Position numbers and translations under genes: made by a program. A stretch of 64,000 nt of DNA from a bacterium. Lineage in GTDB: Bacteria > Electryoneota > Electryoneia > Electryoneales > Electryoneaceae. Shown in pieces: positions 10,777 to 21,143 of this stretch. The DNA is taken from NCBI GenBank assembly GCA_963675295.2, contig CAXXKJ010000002.1, positions 2,752,001 to 2,816,000 on the forward strand. The letters are read 5' to 3'. The notes under the pieces were generated by a model. It searched no databases. It was not told the origin of the DNA and worked only from the letters and a program-made list of their open reading frames with translations. The number at the start of each line of letters is the position of its first letter. The stretch's first letter is position 1.

Positions 10777-11051
10777 TGTTGACCCGTAATTTTGTCACGA
10801 ATTCTCTCCATTGCCTCATCAAATGGCTTGACTTTTCCGGCTTCCACTTGTTCTTCACCTCTGTGCAGCAGCTGCATCAACGCCAGCCGCTCCTGGAGCT
10901 GCTCAAATTCCTTCACCGACTGAACAACCACCTTGGCCTCGCCGTTCTGGGTGATGATGTACGGTTCGCCGCCCTCGTTCAGCTTGCGAATCATCTCGGA
11001 CGCATGCGCCTTGAGGTAGCTGATCGGTTTGATCTGGGTCGAGTATTTCAT
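10773..11051 (-). CDS. Phd/YefM family antitoxin
   Basis: IKPISYLKAHASE...PYIITQNGEAKVVV typical Phd N-terminus. Confidence 0.9.
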   Translation of the reverse strand: MKYSTQIKPISYLKAHASEMIRKLNEGGEPYIITQNGEAKVVVQSVKEFEQLQERLALMQLLHRGEEQVEAGKVKPFDEAMERIRDKITGQQ

Positions 11052-11101
11052 GATGTACTCCGGATTGCTATCGCTGTGCCTGCTGACCTGAAAAATAACT
11101 C

Positions 11102-11157
11102 GTATTCAGATCCGATACAAGACCTGTATTCCGGTCCGATAATAAACCTGAATACAG
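11102..11157. promoter_or_regulatory. Candidate toxin-antitoxin operator
   Basis: GTATTC..TCCGATA direct repeats at 11102 and 11126; CTGTATTC/GAATACAG inverted repeat 11124-11157, upstream of antitoxin. Confidence 0.5.
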
Positions 11158-11174
11158 TTCTGTTTTCGAGTCCA

Positions 11175-12953
11175 CTACCGAATCAACGTCAATCGCACAT
11201 AACGTGCGGTGCCATCTTCCACACTCAGAACCGCAGCATACTGGCCGGAGGCGATCCCGTCGAACGTTAGCGGCATCTGGTGTATGCCTGCGGTATAGGT
11301 CGTTTGTGGCACGGTCGCGACCCTCTGCCCCATCATGTTGTAGACGGCGACAGACACCGTTTCCGGCCGTTGGAGAGTAAACCGCAGCTGCGTTGTCCCG
11401 TTGAACGGGTTCGGATACGCCGCCGCCAGCTCGAATCCAGCCGGCTGCACCGAAACGATTTCCCTGACCGCTGTCGGGAACGGTTCGAACGTGACCTCCA
11501 GATGCCCGCCCTGCCCGGCCAGCAGCCAGACGGAATCGTCATCATAGTTCGACTCCGGCACCGGGTCGCCATTCAGCAGGATTGAGGTGATGCGGATGGA
11601 TCCGTGCTGGGCGGCGATGGGACGCATGCGGAACAGGTGATCCTCGTTCTGCGCATCATGGTGGAAGTGCAACGTCACCGCCTGTTGGTGGACGAACAGG
11701 TTCGTGTAGAGGTAGGTGTAATAGCCGGTTTCGATGCTGTGGTAGCCGGCCTTGCCGTCACCGCCCTTGACCTCGTTCCACGCCAGCGCGCCGTACCTCG
11801 TGCGGTCGGCATACACCTCACCGTACTCCCGGTCGACGAAATGCGTCATGAAGAAATCCATCGACTCGTCCGCCATGGTCAATGGATCCGGGCCGTCCAA
11901 TAGCCCGTTCAGTTCCAGTCCGGCCATGACAGCCTGTTCCATCTGCCACCACGCCTTGGTCGTGTCCGGATTGCCCCACAGCAGCATCTCACCGGTGAGC
12001 CGGTTATAATCCTTGTACGGGCCACCGTAGACGTGGTCATAGCCGTAGTCCCAGACGTCGTAGAACAGGGTGGCCGCATCATCGAGCAGACTGTAGTCGC
12101 CGGTGACACGGGCGACACGACCGAGGCACCACGCGCTTTTCAGCACATGCCCCATGATCGTCATGGTCTCACTTCCCCGGACAAACCAGTTGCTGGTGTA
12201 TTCCTCCGCGAAGCCGATCGCTTGATCCTGCATCGAGGCGACGAGGTGATCCTGAATCTGCGCGGCCAGTTGTTCCAGGCGGTCGGTGTAGGCGGGTTCC
12301 AGCGTCTGCAGTTGCAGCAGCAGAACGTGAGTCGTGATCGCGTCCACGGTCGCGTTAAAACTCTTCCCATTGGGGAAATCGCCGTCGTAGTTGACGTTAT
12401 CGTAATAGCCTTCCAGCCCCTCGCGGTCATCCCACATGTGTTCGTCCAGCCACGCATAGCCCTCGATCAGCCGTTGCCACATCGTCGTGTCGCCGGTCGC
12501 CTGGACGTACGACGCCAGCCCGAGCAACGCATAATGCTGGTAGAACGCGGTCTTGTCAGCGAACGGATTGATCGGATCGCCGTTGTTGTCGAGGTCATTG
12601 TAGTAGCCGCCGTAATTGCTGTCCCACGCATGCTCGACCATCCAGTCGAGTGCATCCCGGGCGGCGTTCAGGTACGTCATTTCTCCGGTCATCTGGTAAG
12701 CGCGGACAAGACCGTAGGCGTTCCGCGACTGCGTGATCATGTCCTTACTGGTTCCAGTGGGCACGCCTTCCCGCGACACATCGGTGTAGAAGCCGCCGAG
12801 GTCGTCGTCCCACGATGGCAGCCAGAACTGTGCGCAGGAATCGACATAGCCGATGGTCAGCTCCGGCTGTTGCAGGTACACACAGTTGAACTGGGCGAAC
12901 GACGTCACCGCCAGCAGGACGCCGGCGACAATCAGAACGGATTTCTGCAGCAC
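11175..12953 (-). CDS. Secreted AGE/cellobiose-2-epimerase family protein with T9SS-type C-terminal domain
   Basis: QSR..Y, WD..YGGY, MGH, KAWWQ..QA, GYH motifs; signal peptide from GTG 12953 with GGAG RBS; YPNPFN tail. Confidence 0.8.
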   Translation of the reverse strand: MLQKSVLIVAGVLLAVTSFAQFNCVYLQQPELTIGYVDSCAQFWLPSWDDDLGGFYTDVSREGVPTGTSKDMITQSRNAYGLVRAYQMTGEMTYLNAARDALDWMVEHAWDSNYGGYYNDLDNNGDPINPFADKTAFYQHYALLGLASYVQATGDTTMWQRLIEGYAWLDEHMWDDREGLEGYYDNVNYDGDFPNGKSFNATVDAITTHVLLLQLQTLEPAYTDRLEQLAAQIQDHLVASMQDQAIGFAEEYTSNWFVRGSETMTIMGHVLKSAWCLGRVARVTGDYSLLDDAATLFYDVWDYGYDHVYGGPYKDYNRLTGEMLLWGNPDTTKAWWQMEQAVMAGLELNGLLDGPDPLTMADESMDFFMTHFVDREYGEVYADRTRYGALAWNEVKGGDGKAGYHSIETGYYTYLYTNLFVHQQAVTLHFHHDAQNEDHLFRMRPIAAQHGSIRITSILLNGDPVPESNYDDDSVWLLAGQGGHLEVTFEPFPTAVREIVSVQPAGFELAAAYPNPFNGTTQLRFTLQRPETVSVAVYNMMGQRVATVPQTTYTAGIHQMPLTFDGIASGQYAAVLSVEDGTARYVRLTLIR

Positions 12954-13054
12954 GGGGAACACTCCGGGATTCGGGAACGGGGACATCTCCCCAACATAAC
13001 AACAAAACCCGTGATCCAAATGGCTCACGGGCGTGATGGATCAAGTCGACAAAC

Positions 13055-15901
13055 TCAGGATGCTTCCTTCAGTCCCAACTCCCGCCGCAGGAACCGGCCG
13101 GTGTGGCTGCCTTCGACGTGCGCGACGTCTTCCGGCGAACCGGCCGTGATCAATGTGCCGCCCTTGTCGCCACCTTCCGGGCCAAGGTCGATGATCCAGT
13201 CGGCGGTCTTGATCACGTCGAGGTTGTGTTCGATCACGATCACTGTATTGCCCTTGTTGACCAGCGACTGCAGCACCTTCAGCAGCATGCGCACGTCCGC
13301 GAAATGCAACCCGGTGGTTGGTTCGTCAAGGATGTAGACCGTCCGGCCGGTGCTGACCTTGGACAGTTCTGTCGCTAGCTTCACACGTTGCGCCTCGCCA
13401 CCGGATAATGTCGTCGCCTGTTGCCCGAGGTGGATGTAGGTGAGGCCGACATCGTTCAGCACCTGCAGCTTGCGTTTCAGGCGTGGGACGGCATCAAAGA
13501 ACCCGAGCGCTTCTTCCACGGTCATGTCAAGCACGTCCGCGATGCTCTTGCCCTTGAACTTGACCTCGAGGGTTTCGCGATTGTAGCGCTGGCCATGGCA
13601 ATCGTCGCAGGTGACATACACATCCGGCAGAAAGTGCATCTCGATCTTGATGATGCCGTCACCCTGGCAGGTTTCGCAGCGTCCGCCCTTGACATTGAAC
13701 GAAAACCGTCCCGGCTTGTACCCACGAGCCTTCGCTTCCGGAAGTTGGCTGAAGATGTCACGGATGTGCGTGAACAGGCCAGTGTAGGTCGCCGGGTTGG
13801 AACGTGGCGTGCGCCCGATCGGCGACTGATCGATGTCGACGACCTTGTCGACGTACTTCAGTCCGTCAATCTCATCGTGCTCGAGCGGGACTTCACGCGA
13901 TCCATAAATGTGACGAGCTAACGACGGATATAGCGTCTCGTTCACCAGTGTCGACTTGCCCGATCCACTGACACCGGTGACCACGGTAAACACCCCGAGC
14001 GGGAAGGATACATCGATCCCCTTGAGGTTGTGTCCGCGTGCGTTCTTGATCGTGATCGCCCGCTTTTTCGGCGGACGGCGTTTCTCCGGAAGCTCGATGC
14101 GGTCAAGATCTGCGAGGAACTGCCCGGTGATGCTGTTGGGGGCTTTTGCGACGTCGTTCGGCGGCCCGGCGACGACCACCTCTCCCCCGTGACGTCCCGC
14201 GCCCGGGCCGAGGTCGACGAGCCAGTCGGCACGTTCCATCGTCTCACGGTCATGCTCGACCACGATCACCGTATTGCCGAGGTCGCGCAGGTTTTCCAAC
14301 GTGTTGATCAGGCGTTCATTGTCACGCTGATGCAGGCCGATGGACGGTTCATCGAGAATGTACAGGACGCCGACCAGCTGGCTGCCGATCTGTGTCGCGA
14401 GTCGAATGCGTTGCGCTTCGCCCCCGGACAACGTGCCCGCCGCGCGGTCGAGGTTAAGGTAGTCAAGGCCGACGTTGAGCAGGAACCCCAGCCGTGCGTT
14501 GACTTCCTTCAGGATCTGCGCGGCGATGGTGCTGTCCCGGTCGCTGAGCTTGAGCTGGTGAAAGAAATCCACGGCTTGATGTATCGACATCGCCGAGAGA
14601 TCGGCGATATTGGTATCGCCGACACGAACCGCAAGCGATTCCGGTTTCAGGCGTTGGCCGTTGCACGTGCGGCACGGCACATGCCCCATGAATCCTTCGA
14701 TCCATTCGCGGATGCCGGCGCTGTTGGTCTGGCGGTAGCGCCGCTCGAGGTTCGGAATCACCCCTTCCCACTTCGTCTTATATTTCCAGACCGACTCATC
14801 GTCGTCCTTCTTCCGCCACTCGTACATCAGTTCGTCGTCGGATCCGTAGAGCACGATGTTCTGGTGCTCCGGCTTCATCTTCTCCCAGGGGGTTCTGAGG
14901 CTGAAGCCGTAATGTTTGGCAGTCTGCTCGAGGCGGCGCATGTACCAGCTCTCGAACTGCGACCCGAACGCCTCCACCGCGCCTTGCTCAACGGATTTGG
15001 ACGTATTCGGTACGATCCGGCGCGGGTCGATCTTCATCGAAAAGCCAAGACCGTCACAGTCCGGACACGCGCCGAACGGACTGTTAAACGAGAAGCTGCG
15101 TGGCTCCGGCGGTTGGAAGTAAAGGTCACATTCGTGGCAGCCGTAATTCTCGCTGAACAGGCGTTCTTCTCCGTCCGCTGTGAGGATCGTGACCAGCCCC
15201 TCCGCCTTGTTGAGGGCGATTTCGAGGGAATCCGTGAGCCGGTTGCGGATGTCAGGTTTGATCACCAGGCGGTCAACGACGATATCGATGCTGTGCTTCG
15301 TCTTTTTGTTGAGCTCAGGCGGGCTATCGACGGGATAAATCTCGCCGTCGACACGCACACGCACGAACCCGTCCCGCTCGATATCCTTGAACAGTTTGCG
15401 ATACTCACCCTTACGGTCCCTTACCACCGGCGCGAGCACCTGCAACTTGGCTCCATCGCCCATCGCCATCACATTGTCCGCGATCTGCTGCACGGTCTGA
15501 CGTTCAATCACTTTGCCGCAGCTCGGGCAGTGCATGATCCCGATTCGAGCGTAGAGCAGGCGCAGGTAGTCGTAAATCTCGGTAACGGTCGCGACAGTCG
15601 AACGTGGGTTACGGCTCGTCGCCTTCTGCTCAATGGAAATCGCCGGACTGAGTCCCTCGATGAAGTCGACGTCCGGCTTCTCCATCAGGCCGAGGAACTG
15701 GCGTGCGTAGGCGGACAGGGATTCCACGTAGCGCCGCTGGCCTTCGGCGTACAGGGTGTCGAACGCGAGGCTCGACTTTCCGCTGCCGGACAGTCCTGTG
15801 ACCACGGTAAGCTGGTTTCGCGGGATGGTGACGGTGACGTTCTTCAGATTATGTTCACGTGCACCGACGATTTTTATCTGATCGGGCTCCTGGGGTGCCA
15901 C
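13055..15901 (-). CDS. uvrA: Excinuclease ABC subunit A
   Basis: GAREHNLKN, two GxSGSGKS Walker A motifs, LSGGEAQR x2, zinc fingers; 948 aa. Confidence 0.98.
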   Translation of the reverse strand: MAPQEPDQIKIVGAREHNLKNVTVTIPRNQLTVVTGLSGSGKSSLAFDTLYAEGQRRYVESLSAYARQFLGLMEKPDVDFIEGLSPAISIEQKATSRNPRSTVATVTEIYDYLRLLYARIGIMHCPSCGKVIERQTVQQIADNVMAMGDGAKLQVLAPVVRDRKGEYRKLFKDIERDGFVRVRVDGEIYPVDSPPELNKKTKHSIDIVVDRLVIKPDIRNRLTDSLEIALNKAEGLVTILTADGEERLFSENYGCHECDLYFQPPEPRSFSFNSPFGACPDCDGLGFSMKIDPRRIVPNTSKSVEQGAVEAFGSQFESWYMRRLEQTAKHYGFSLRTPWEKMKPEHQNIVLYGSDDELMYEWRKKDDDESVWKYKTKWEGVIPNLERRYRQTNSAGIREWIEGFMGHVPCRTCNGQRLKPESLAVRVGDTNIADLSAMSIHQAVDFFHQLKLSDRDSTIAAQILKEVNARLGFLLNVGLDYLNLDRAAGTLSGGEAQRIRLATQIGSQLVGVLYILDEPSIGLHQRDNERLINTLENLRDLGNTVIVVEHDRETMERADWLVDLGPGAGRHGGEVVVAGPPNDVAKAPNSITGQFLADLDRIELPEKRRPPKKRAITIKNARGHNLKGIDVSFPLGVFTVVTGVSGSGKSTLVNETLYPSLARHIYGSREVPLEHDEIDGLKYVDKVVDIDQSPIGRTPRSNPATYTGLFTHIRDIFSQLPEAKARGYKPGRFSFNVKGGRCETCQGDGIIKIEMHFLPDVYVTCDDCHGQRYNRETLEVKFKGKSIADVLDMTVEEALGFFDAVPRLKRKLQVLNDVGLTYIHLGQQATTLSGGEAQRVKLATELSKVSTGRTVYILDEPTTGLHFADVRMLLKVLQSLVNKGNTVIVIEHNLDVIKTADWIIDLGPEGGDKGGTLITAGSPEDVAHVEGSHTGRFLRRELGLKEAS

Positions 15902-15985
15902 GGGCGGATCCTGCTGGTTAACGTACGGAAAGTGAACGAATGTACAGCCGCCGAGGAGAAAATGCCAGAGTTCATCCAGCGGGGA

Positions 15986-16204
15986 TTACACGGTTGAGCG
16001 ACGAGGCTGTTTCCGTGCCGAACGTTGTGCTTTCGGGGGAAACCGGTCATCGAGGAACTGCAGCAGGCGCTGCCATGCCTCTCGCTTGACCATCCGATTC
16101 CAGATCAGGTGGCTGTGCCGTTCGGCCTGGAACACACCGTACACCGCCGCCGCGACGGCGATCGGCCAGGTCCACCAGGGTTGTCTGCGTTTGCGGCGGA
16201 ACAT
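15986..16204 (-). CDS. Small basic hypothetical protein with one hydrophobic segment
   Basis: 72 aa ORF filling the gap upstream of uvrA on the same strand. Confidence 0.45.
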   Translation of the reverse strand: MFRRKRRQPWWTWPIAVAAAVYGVFQAERHSHLIWNRMVKREAWQRLLQFLDDRFPPKAQRSARKQPRRSTV

Positions 16205-16450
16205 GACAGTCGATCCAGCCTCGTTTGTGTTTCTACTCCCGGGTCAGGAAGATAGCGGCTACGAATGGATAGTGGGAGCGGTTGACAGAAAGCTCGTCTC
16301 CCGGCGTACTGACTCCGCCCGAACCCGTCAGTATCTTCCCGGATTCGGGTGATGTTTGCTGGCAACGGCATGAGTGCTGCAGGCAATCGTTCTCCTGAAC
16401 TGTATCAGGCCCTCGGATTATAGCCCGGGATCACAGAAACCAGGTGCAAG

Positions 16451-17671
16451 ATGTCCAAGCAGAAAGCTTCCGCCGGCCGTCGCGGGCCGGATGTCCGTTC
16501 CGACATATTCATCGAGTTGACCCTGACCGATTCGGGTGGTGTAGTCCTCGACATCCAGAGCAAGGTCAAGACCCTGTACGGCGAGTCGATAGACACGTTG
16601 ATCCGTGACGGGCTGGCGCACTTCGGCCTGAAGAACGTGAACGTGATCATTGAAGACGCCGGCGCGTTGCCCTTCGTGCAGATGGCGCGTCTCGAAGCGG
16701 CTGTCCGTCGGTTGGAACTGGACAAGCCAGTCGAACCGTGGTTGCCGGATGCGTTCGATGCATCTCCGCAACCGTCATCCCGGCAACGCCCCCGCCGCAG
16801 CCGTCTTTATCTCCCCGGCAACGAGCCGAAGTTCATGATCAATGCCGCGATCCACAGGCCGGACGGCCTCATCCTCGACCTTGAGGACAGCGTCGCACCG
16901 GCGGAGAAAGACGCCGCGCGGATCATGGTCCGCAACGCTCTGATCCACCTCGATTTCATGGGCGCGGAGAAGATGGTGCGTGTCAACCAGGGTGAACGTG
17001 GCCTGACTGATCTCGAATTTGTCGTGCCATACGGTGTCGACCTGATCCTGCTGCCGAAGATGGAAACGGCGGAACAGGTGGCCGAATTTGACGCACGTAT
17101 CCGTGAGTTGCGAACCAGTGCCGGTGTGGATCACGACATCTGGCTGATGCCGATTGTCGAGTCGGCGAAAGGGGCGTGGAACGCCTTTCCCATCGCGGCC
17201 GCTGCGGAAACTGTCGTTGCATTGGCCATCGGCCTTGAAGACTATACCGCGGATATCGGCGTGCAGCGGACGAACGAGGGCAAGGAATCGATCTGGGCCA
17301 GGCATCAGCTGGTCAACGGCGCCCGAGCGGCCGGAGTCACCCCGATCGACACCGTCTTCTCCGACGTCAATGACATGGATGCGTTGCTGACGTCCGTGGT
17401 TGAAGCTAAGTCGCTCGGGTTCGAGGGCAAGGGGTGCATCCATCCACGCCAGATTCCGGTCGTGCATCAGGGCTTTGCGCCGACGGACGATGAAGTGAAG
17501 AAAGCGAAACGGATCGTGCTCGCCTTTGAGGAAGCTGATCGGCAGGGGTTGGGTGTCGTCAGCCTCGGGTCCAAGATGATCGACCCGCCGGTGGTGAAAC
17601 GTGCGCTGCGGACGGTTGACGCCGCGATTCAGGCCGGGTTGTTAACGACCGACTGGCGCGAAAAGGACTAA
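16451..17671 (+). CDS. citE: Citrate lyase acyl-carrier (CitD) - beta subunit (CitE) fusion
   Basis: N-terminal RSD..S.V..LYG..D.GAL..ARLEAA (CitD); RSRLY.PGN, LDLEDSV, GKGCIHPRQI, KMIDPPVV (CitE). Confidence 0.88.
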   Translation: MSKQKASAGRRGPDVRSDIFIELTLTDSGGVVLDIQSKVKTLYGESIDTLIRDGLAHFGLKNVNVIIEDAGALPFVQMARLEAAVRRLELDKPVEPWLPDAFDASPQPSSRQRPRRSRLYLPGNEPKFMINAAIHRPDGLILDLEDSVAPAEKDAARIMVRNALIHLDFMGAEKMVRVNQGERGLTDLEFVVPYGVDLILLPKMETAEQVAEFDARIRELRTSAGVDHDIWLMPIVESAKGAWNAFPIAAAAETVVALAIGLEDYTADIGVQRTNEGKESIWARHQLVNGARAAGVTPIDTVFSDVNDMDALLTSVVEAKSLGFEGKGCIHPRQIPVVHQGFAPTDDEVKKAKRIVLAFEEADRQGLGVVSLGSKMIDPPVVKRALRTVDAAIQAGLLTTDWREKD

Positions 17672-17714
17672 AGCGTCTAACCTCCCGCATCAGATCCGAC
17701 AATAGGAGATCGCC

Positions 17715-18272
17715 ATGTTGACCCACCTCGCCTTCTGGTTCTCCATGGCGTTTCTCGTTTCGGAAGTGATCCTCTCGCGTGTGCGGCGATCCGGGACGAT
17801 GGTGCGTGACGGTGGCAGCCTGCGCGGCTTGCACTGGACCATCGGGATCAGCATCACGCTCGGCGTCACGCTGATGTTCACCGGGATTGGATGGTACCCG
17901 TTCGACCTGGTCTGGCGGTCGGCGTTGAGTATAGGTCTGCTGGTGGTTGGAGCGGTGATTCGTTGGACCGCGATCCGTCAGCTCGGCAAACGGTTCACCG
18001 TCGCGGTCGAAATCCAGTCGGATCACACGTTGATGCGGTCCGGGCTATACCGATTCATGCGCCACCCCTCCTACTCTGGCCTGATGCTACAATTCCTCGG
18101 ACTGACGGTGTATTTCAACAACTGGATCACACAACTATTGATTCTTATACCGATCACGATCTCGATGCTGTACCGGATCCGTGTCGAGGAACGAGCGTTG
18201 CTGGAACAGTTCGGGGATGACTACGCGAACTACATGAGGCAGACAGCCCGGTTGATCCCCGGGCTGTGGTAA
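17715..18272 (+). CDS. Isoprenylcysteine carboxylmethyltransferase family membrane protein
   Basis: GLYRFMRHPSYSG, RIRVEERAL..FG..Y..Y motif; GGAG RBS. Confidence 0.88.
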   Translation: MLTHLAFWFSMAFLVSEVILSRVRRSGTMVRDGGSLRGLHWTIGISITLGVTLMFTGIGWYPFDLVWRSALSIGLLVVGAVIRWTAIRQLGKRFTVAVEIQSDHTLMRSGLYRFMRHPSYSGLMLQFLGLTVYFNNWITQLLILIPITISMLYRIRVEERALLEQFGDDYANYMRQTARLIPGLW

Positions 18273-18298
18273 CGGCTTCATTGTCTTGATGCACGCAC

Positions 18299-18499
18299 TC
18301 AGATCGGCAGCTTCGCCCGCACTTCGTGCCACTTGCGAGCAGTCCACCGCCGGACGGATGGAAACTCCGCGCCGATAATCCCGAGCCCGAGCAGGATGAC
18401 AAGTATCCCGGGACCGGGCAACGGCAGCAACAGAATCCCGAGCACGATAAAAATCGATCCGAGGGCGAGCACAAAGGTTTTACGCAACAGGTCAGCCAT
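18299..18499 (-). CDS. PGPGW-domain small membrane protein
   Basis: GILLLPLPGPGILVILLGL...EF signature. Confidence 0.75.
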   Translation of the reverse strand: MADLLRKTFVLALGSIFIVLGILLLPLPGPGILVILLGLGIIGAEFPSVRRWTARKWHEVRAKLPI

Positions 18500-18711
18500 G
18501 TGTGGGAGTTTGCTTTCGTCGGTGATCGCGGCTGGAAACGAAACGGCTGCCGAATGGTGTTAACTCGGTTTTACCCTGTTCATTTGACTGAAGAAACGCC
18601 TGCAGGGTTTCCGCTCCGGGTGTCTCCGCGAAAGGTTCCGGAGCCCGAGTTCCCCTCTTGCATTTCGGGGTGAGCTTGTTTCATACTTAGGGCCGCAGCA
18701 AAAACGAGTAT

Positions 18712-18784
18712 TCCCCAGTAGCTCAATTGGCAGAGCGGGTGACTGTTAATCACTAGGTTGGCGGTTCAAGTCCGTCCTGGGGAG
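18712..18784 (+). tRNA. tRNA-Asn(GTT), integration target
   Basis: TCCCCAG/CTGGGGA acceptor stem, D-loop AGCTCAATTGGCAGAGC, anticodon loop CTGTTAA, GTTCAAGTC T-loop. Confidence 0.95.
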
Positions 18785-18790
18785 CAAGAA
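18741..18790 (+). repeat. attL core repeat
   Basis: GACTGTTAATCACTAGGTTGGCGGTTCAAGTCCGTCCTGGGGAGCAAGAA, identical to 43962-44011. Confidence 0.95.
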
Positions 18791-18794
18791 AAAC

Positions 18795-18822
18795 AAAGGG
18801 TTAGGCGATTGTCTGACCCTTT
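18795..18822 (+). terminator. Terminator after tRNA-Asn
   Basis: AAAGGGTTAGGC-GATT-GTCTGACCCTTT hairpin. Confidence 0.7.
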
Positions 18823-18831
18823 CTCTTTGTG

Positions 18832-19012
18832 ATTTGGTGCATATGAGGTGCAGTAGATCATTGCGCGCCCCTTATACCATATTTCCTGCACCTGTTGACT
18901 TCACAAGGTGCTGACTCCCTCTTTCCCACTCTTCAGACGATTCACGAAAATCCAAAGTCTACACCTACGCAGTGCACCAAATTGCACCGAGACTGCACCT
19001 GATGTGCACCTA
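18832..19012. repeat. Candidate integrase arm-type sites (GGTGCA/TGCACC array)
   Basis: GGTGCA at 18836 and 18847; TGCACC at 18973, 18983, 18994, 19005; the paired motif recurs at 31723-31746 and 43836-43859. Confidence 0.7.
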
Positions 19013-19157
19013 ACGACAGCTTGAGTAGTTTTATATGCCTGTATTTCCAAGTATATATATCAATATCTCCTGTGATTATTTATCCCCTGTTGACTTTTCC
19101 CGCCCCGTGTTGTAGCTTGACGTAGTGCTTAGACAGCGACATTTTCAGGGAGGCGTC

Positions 19158-20252
19158 ATGGCAACCATCGTGAAGCGGAAATCGAAACGGACAGGCAAGG
19201 TCACCTACCGAGTCCAGATTCGTATGAAGGGGTTCGACCGGCTTGAGGCCACTTTCGACCGGAGGACAGACGCTCGGGATTGGGCGCACCAGACCGAGGC
19301 AGACCTCAAGGCAGGCAAGCACATTGAACGTGCAGAAGCAAAGAAACACACGCTCAACGATGTTATCGAACGCTATGTGGAAAACGTGGCTCCGATGAAG
19401 AAAAGCGGGATGAAGCAGGCACGGCAGCTTGATTGGTGGAAGGAACGGTACGGTGAGCGCCTCCTGTCCGATATCACTCCCGCACTTATTACAGAAGCAC
19501 GGGATATACTGAAACGGGAAGGTGGCCGTGTGCAGGATGCGAAGGGCCGTCCGATTCCTGAAGATGGTGCGAGCAATGCAACCGTCAATAGATACCTCGC
19601 GGCGCTATCGCATGTGTTCACGGTTGCTTCGAAGGAATGGCAATGGGTACGAGATAATCCCGTGTTGAAGGTCTCCCGGCTGAAGGAACCGCGTGGAAGA
19701 GTACGTTATCTGGAGAACGGCGAACAGGAACGATTGCTGGAAGCCTGCAAAGCATCCAAGAATCCCGACCTCTACCCTGCCGTGATCCTTGCGCTTTCCA
19801 CTGGCGCACGGCGGATGGAGATTTGGGGCGTGCGTTGGGATCAGGTTGATTTCCCGCGTGAATTGATCGTGCTGCACGAGACGAAGAACCAGGAACGGCG
19901 TGTGCTGCCGATCAAAGGCCGTGCGCTGGAAATCCTGCGTGAACGGTCGCGTGTTCGTTCGCTTGAATCGGATCTGATCTTCCCGAGCCGGAAAGACCCG
20001 AAGAAACCGATGGATCTCCGCGCTCCGTGGGAAGAAGCGTTGAAACAGGCAGGAATTGAAAACTTCCGCTGGCATGACTTGCGTCATACGGCGGCTTCGT
20101 TCCTCGCCATGAACGGTGCGACACCGGGAGAAATTGCCGAGGTGCTCGGTCACAAGACGTTGCAGATGGTCAAGCGATACAGTCACCTGTCCGAGGCGCA
20201 CACGGCAACGGTTGTTGAGAGCATGAACAAGCGATTTCTGGAGGGAGCGTGA
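19158..20252 (+). CDS. int: Tyrosine recombinase / phage-type integrase
   Basis: TGARRMEI (R), TKN (K), WHDLRH (HxxR), LGH, RYSH (Y); GGGAGG RBS before ATG 19158. Confidence 0.95.
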   Translation: MATIVKRKSKRTGKVTYRVQIRMKGFDRLEATFDRRTDARDWAHQTEADLKAGKHIERAEAKKHTLNDVIERYVENVAPMKKSGMKQARQLDWWKERYGERLLSDITPALITEARDILKREGGRVQDAKGRPIPEDGASNATVNRYLAALSHVFTVASKEWQWVRDNPVLKVSRLKEPRGRVRYLENGEQERLLEACKASKNPDLYPAVILALSTGARRMEIWGVRWDQVDFPRELIVLHETKNQERRVLPIKGRALEILRERSRVRSLESDLIFPSRKDPKKPMDLRAPWEEALKQAGIENFRWHDLRHTAASFLAMNGATPGEIAEVLGHKTLQMVKRYSHLSEAHTATVVESMNKRFLEGA

Positions 20253-20833
20253 AAATCGTGTATCGTGATCGACCCGATCAAAGGTTTGAAATCCGCGTTG
20301 CAATAGACTGCGCAGAGCTGGGAGATACAAGGGCTGCTGAATATCTTCTCGCGGTTGCGAGCGACTATCTGAGTGAGGGAGCCGTAATGCCGCTGCAGCT
20401 TCAACGTTATTTGAGCACAATTTGCAGGAATATTGCTAACTTGTATTTCCATGAACAATTGGGGCAAAACATACAACCAGCCAAGTACAGAGAGGCCCTA
20501 GGTCTTAAGCGTAGGACAAAAACAAAGCGGTCGGAGTTAAATCGTCGAGATCTACTTCTTACAAGAATGGTCTGGGAGAAAATAGAGAAGACTGGACTTA
20601 ACCTAGCGCAATGCTGGTCTGACGTAGCTGAACAATATGGTCTTAGTGAGGCAACAGTTGAGAAAGCATGGCAAAAACACCAGATTGAAGCTGAACAAGA
20701 TTTTGTGAAACTACGAGCATGGAGCACAGCACGAAATTCGGATGAACGACAACGTGCTGCAACAGATCTAGGATTGAATCATCCGCCCGCAACCTCGGTC
20801 AACTGGCCTTTTGTGCTAGACGACGAGACGTAA
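20249..20833 (+). CDS. Hypothetical protein with possible C-terminal HTH
   Basis: GTGA overlap with int; VAEQYGLSEATVEKAW helix-turn-helix-like; lower GC than int. Confidence 0.6.
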   Translation: MKIVYRDRPDQRFEIRVAIDCAELGDTRAAEYLLAVASDYLSEGAVMPLQLQRYLSTICRNIANLYFHEQLGQNIQPAKYREALGLKRRTKTKRSELNRRDLLLTRMVWEKIEKTGLNLAQCWSDVAEQYGLSEATVEKAWQKHQIEAEQDFVKLRAWSTARNSDERQRAATDLGLNHPPATSVNWPFVLDDET

Positions 20834-20933
20834 GGTTCCCACCAACCAATATTGCGCTTTTCGTGGGCCACCATTTCCCTTCTTACCCCTGATTTTGTGA
20901 TGCAGGACTGTACAACAAAATTGGGGTTTCCTC

Positions 20934-21143
20934 ATGAACGCCACATCAGTAAAGAAGTATTACACTGTCGCAGAAGCGGTCGAAGCTAACCTTTGGCCTA
21001 ACCAGGGCGGGTTGCGCTGGCTGATTTTCAGAGCACACGAAAACGGCCTCAAGCGTGCGCTTCGCCGGGTTGGTCGCCGCGTCTTGATTGACGCAGACGA
21101 GTTTATCCGCTGGATGGATGAACACGCAGAGGAGGCTGCGTGA
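20934..21143 (+). CDS. Excisionase/AlpA-like DNA-binding protein
   Basis: 69 aa; YTVAEA..GGLRWLIF..NGL...RVGRRVLID..EF..W winged-HTH pattern. Confidence 0.75.
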   Translation: MNATSVKKYYTVAEAVEANLWPNQGGLRWLIFRAHENGLKRALRRVGRRVLIDADEFIRWMDEHAEEAA

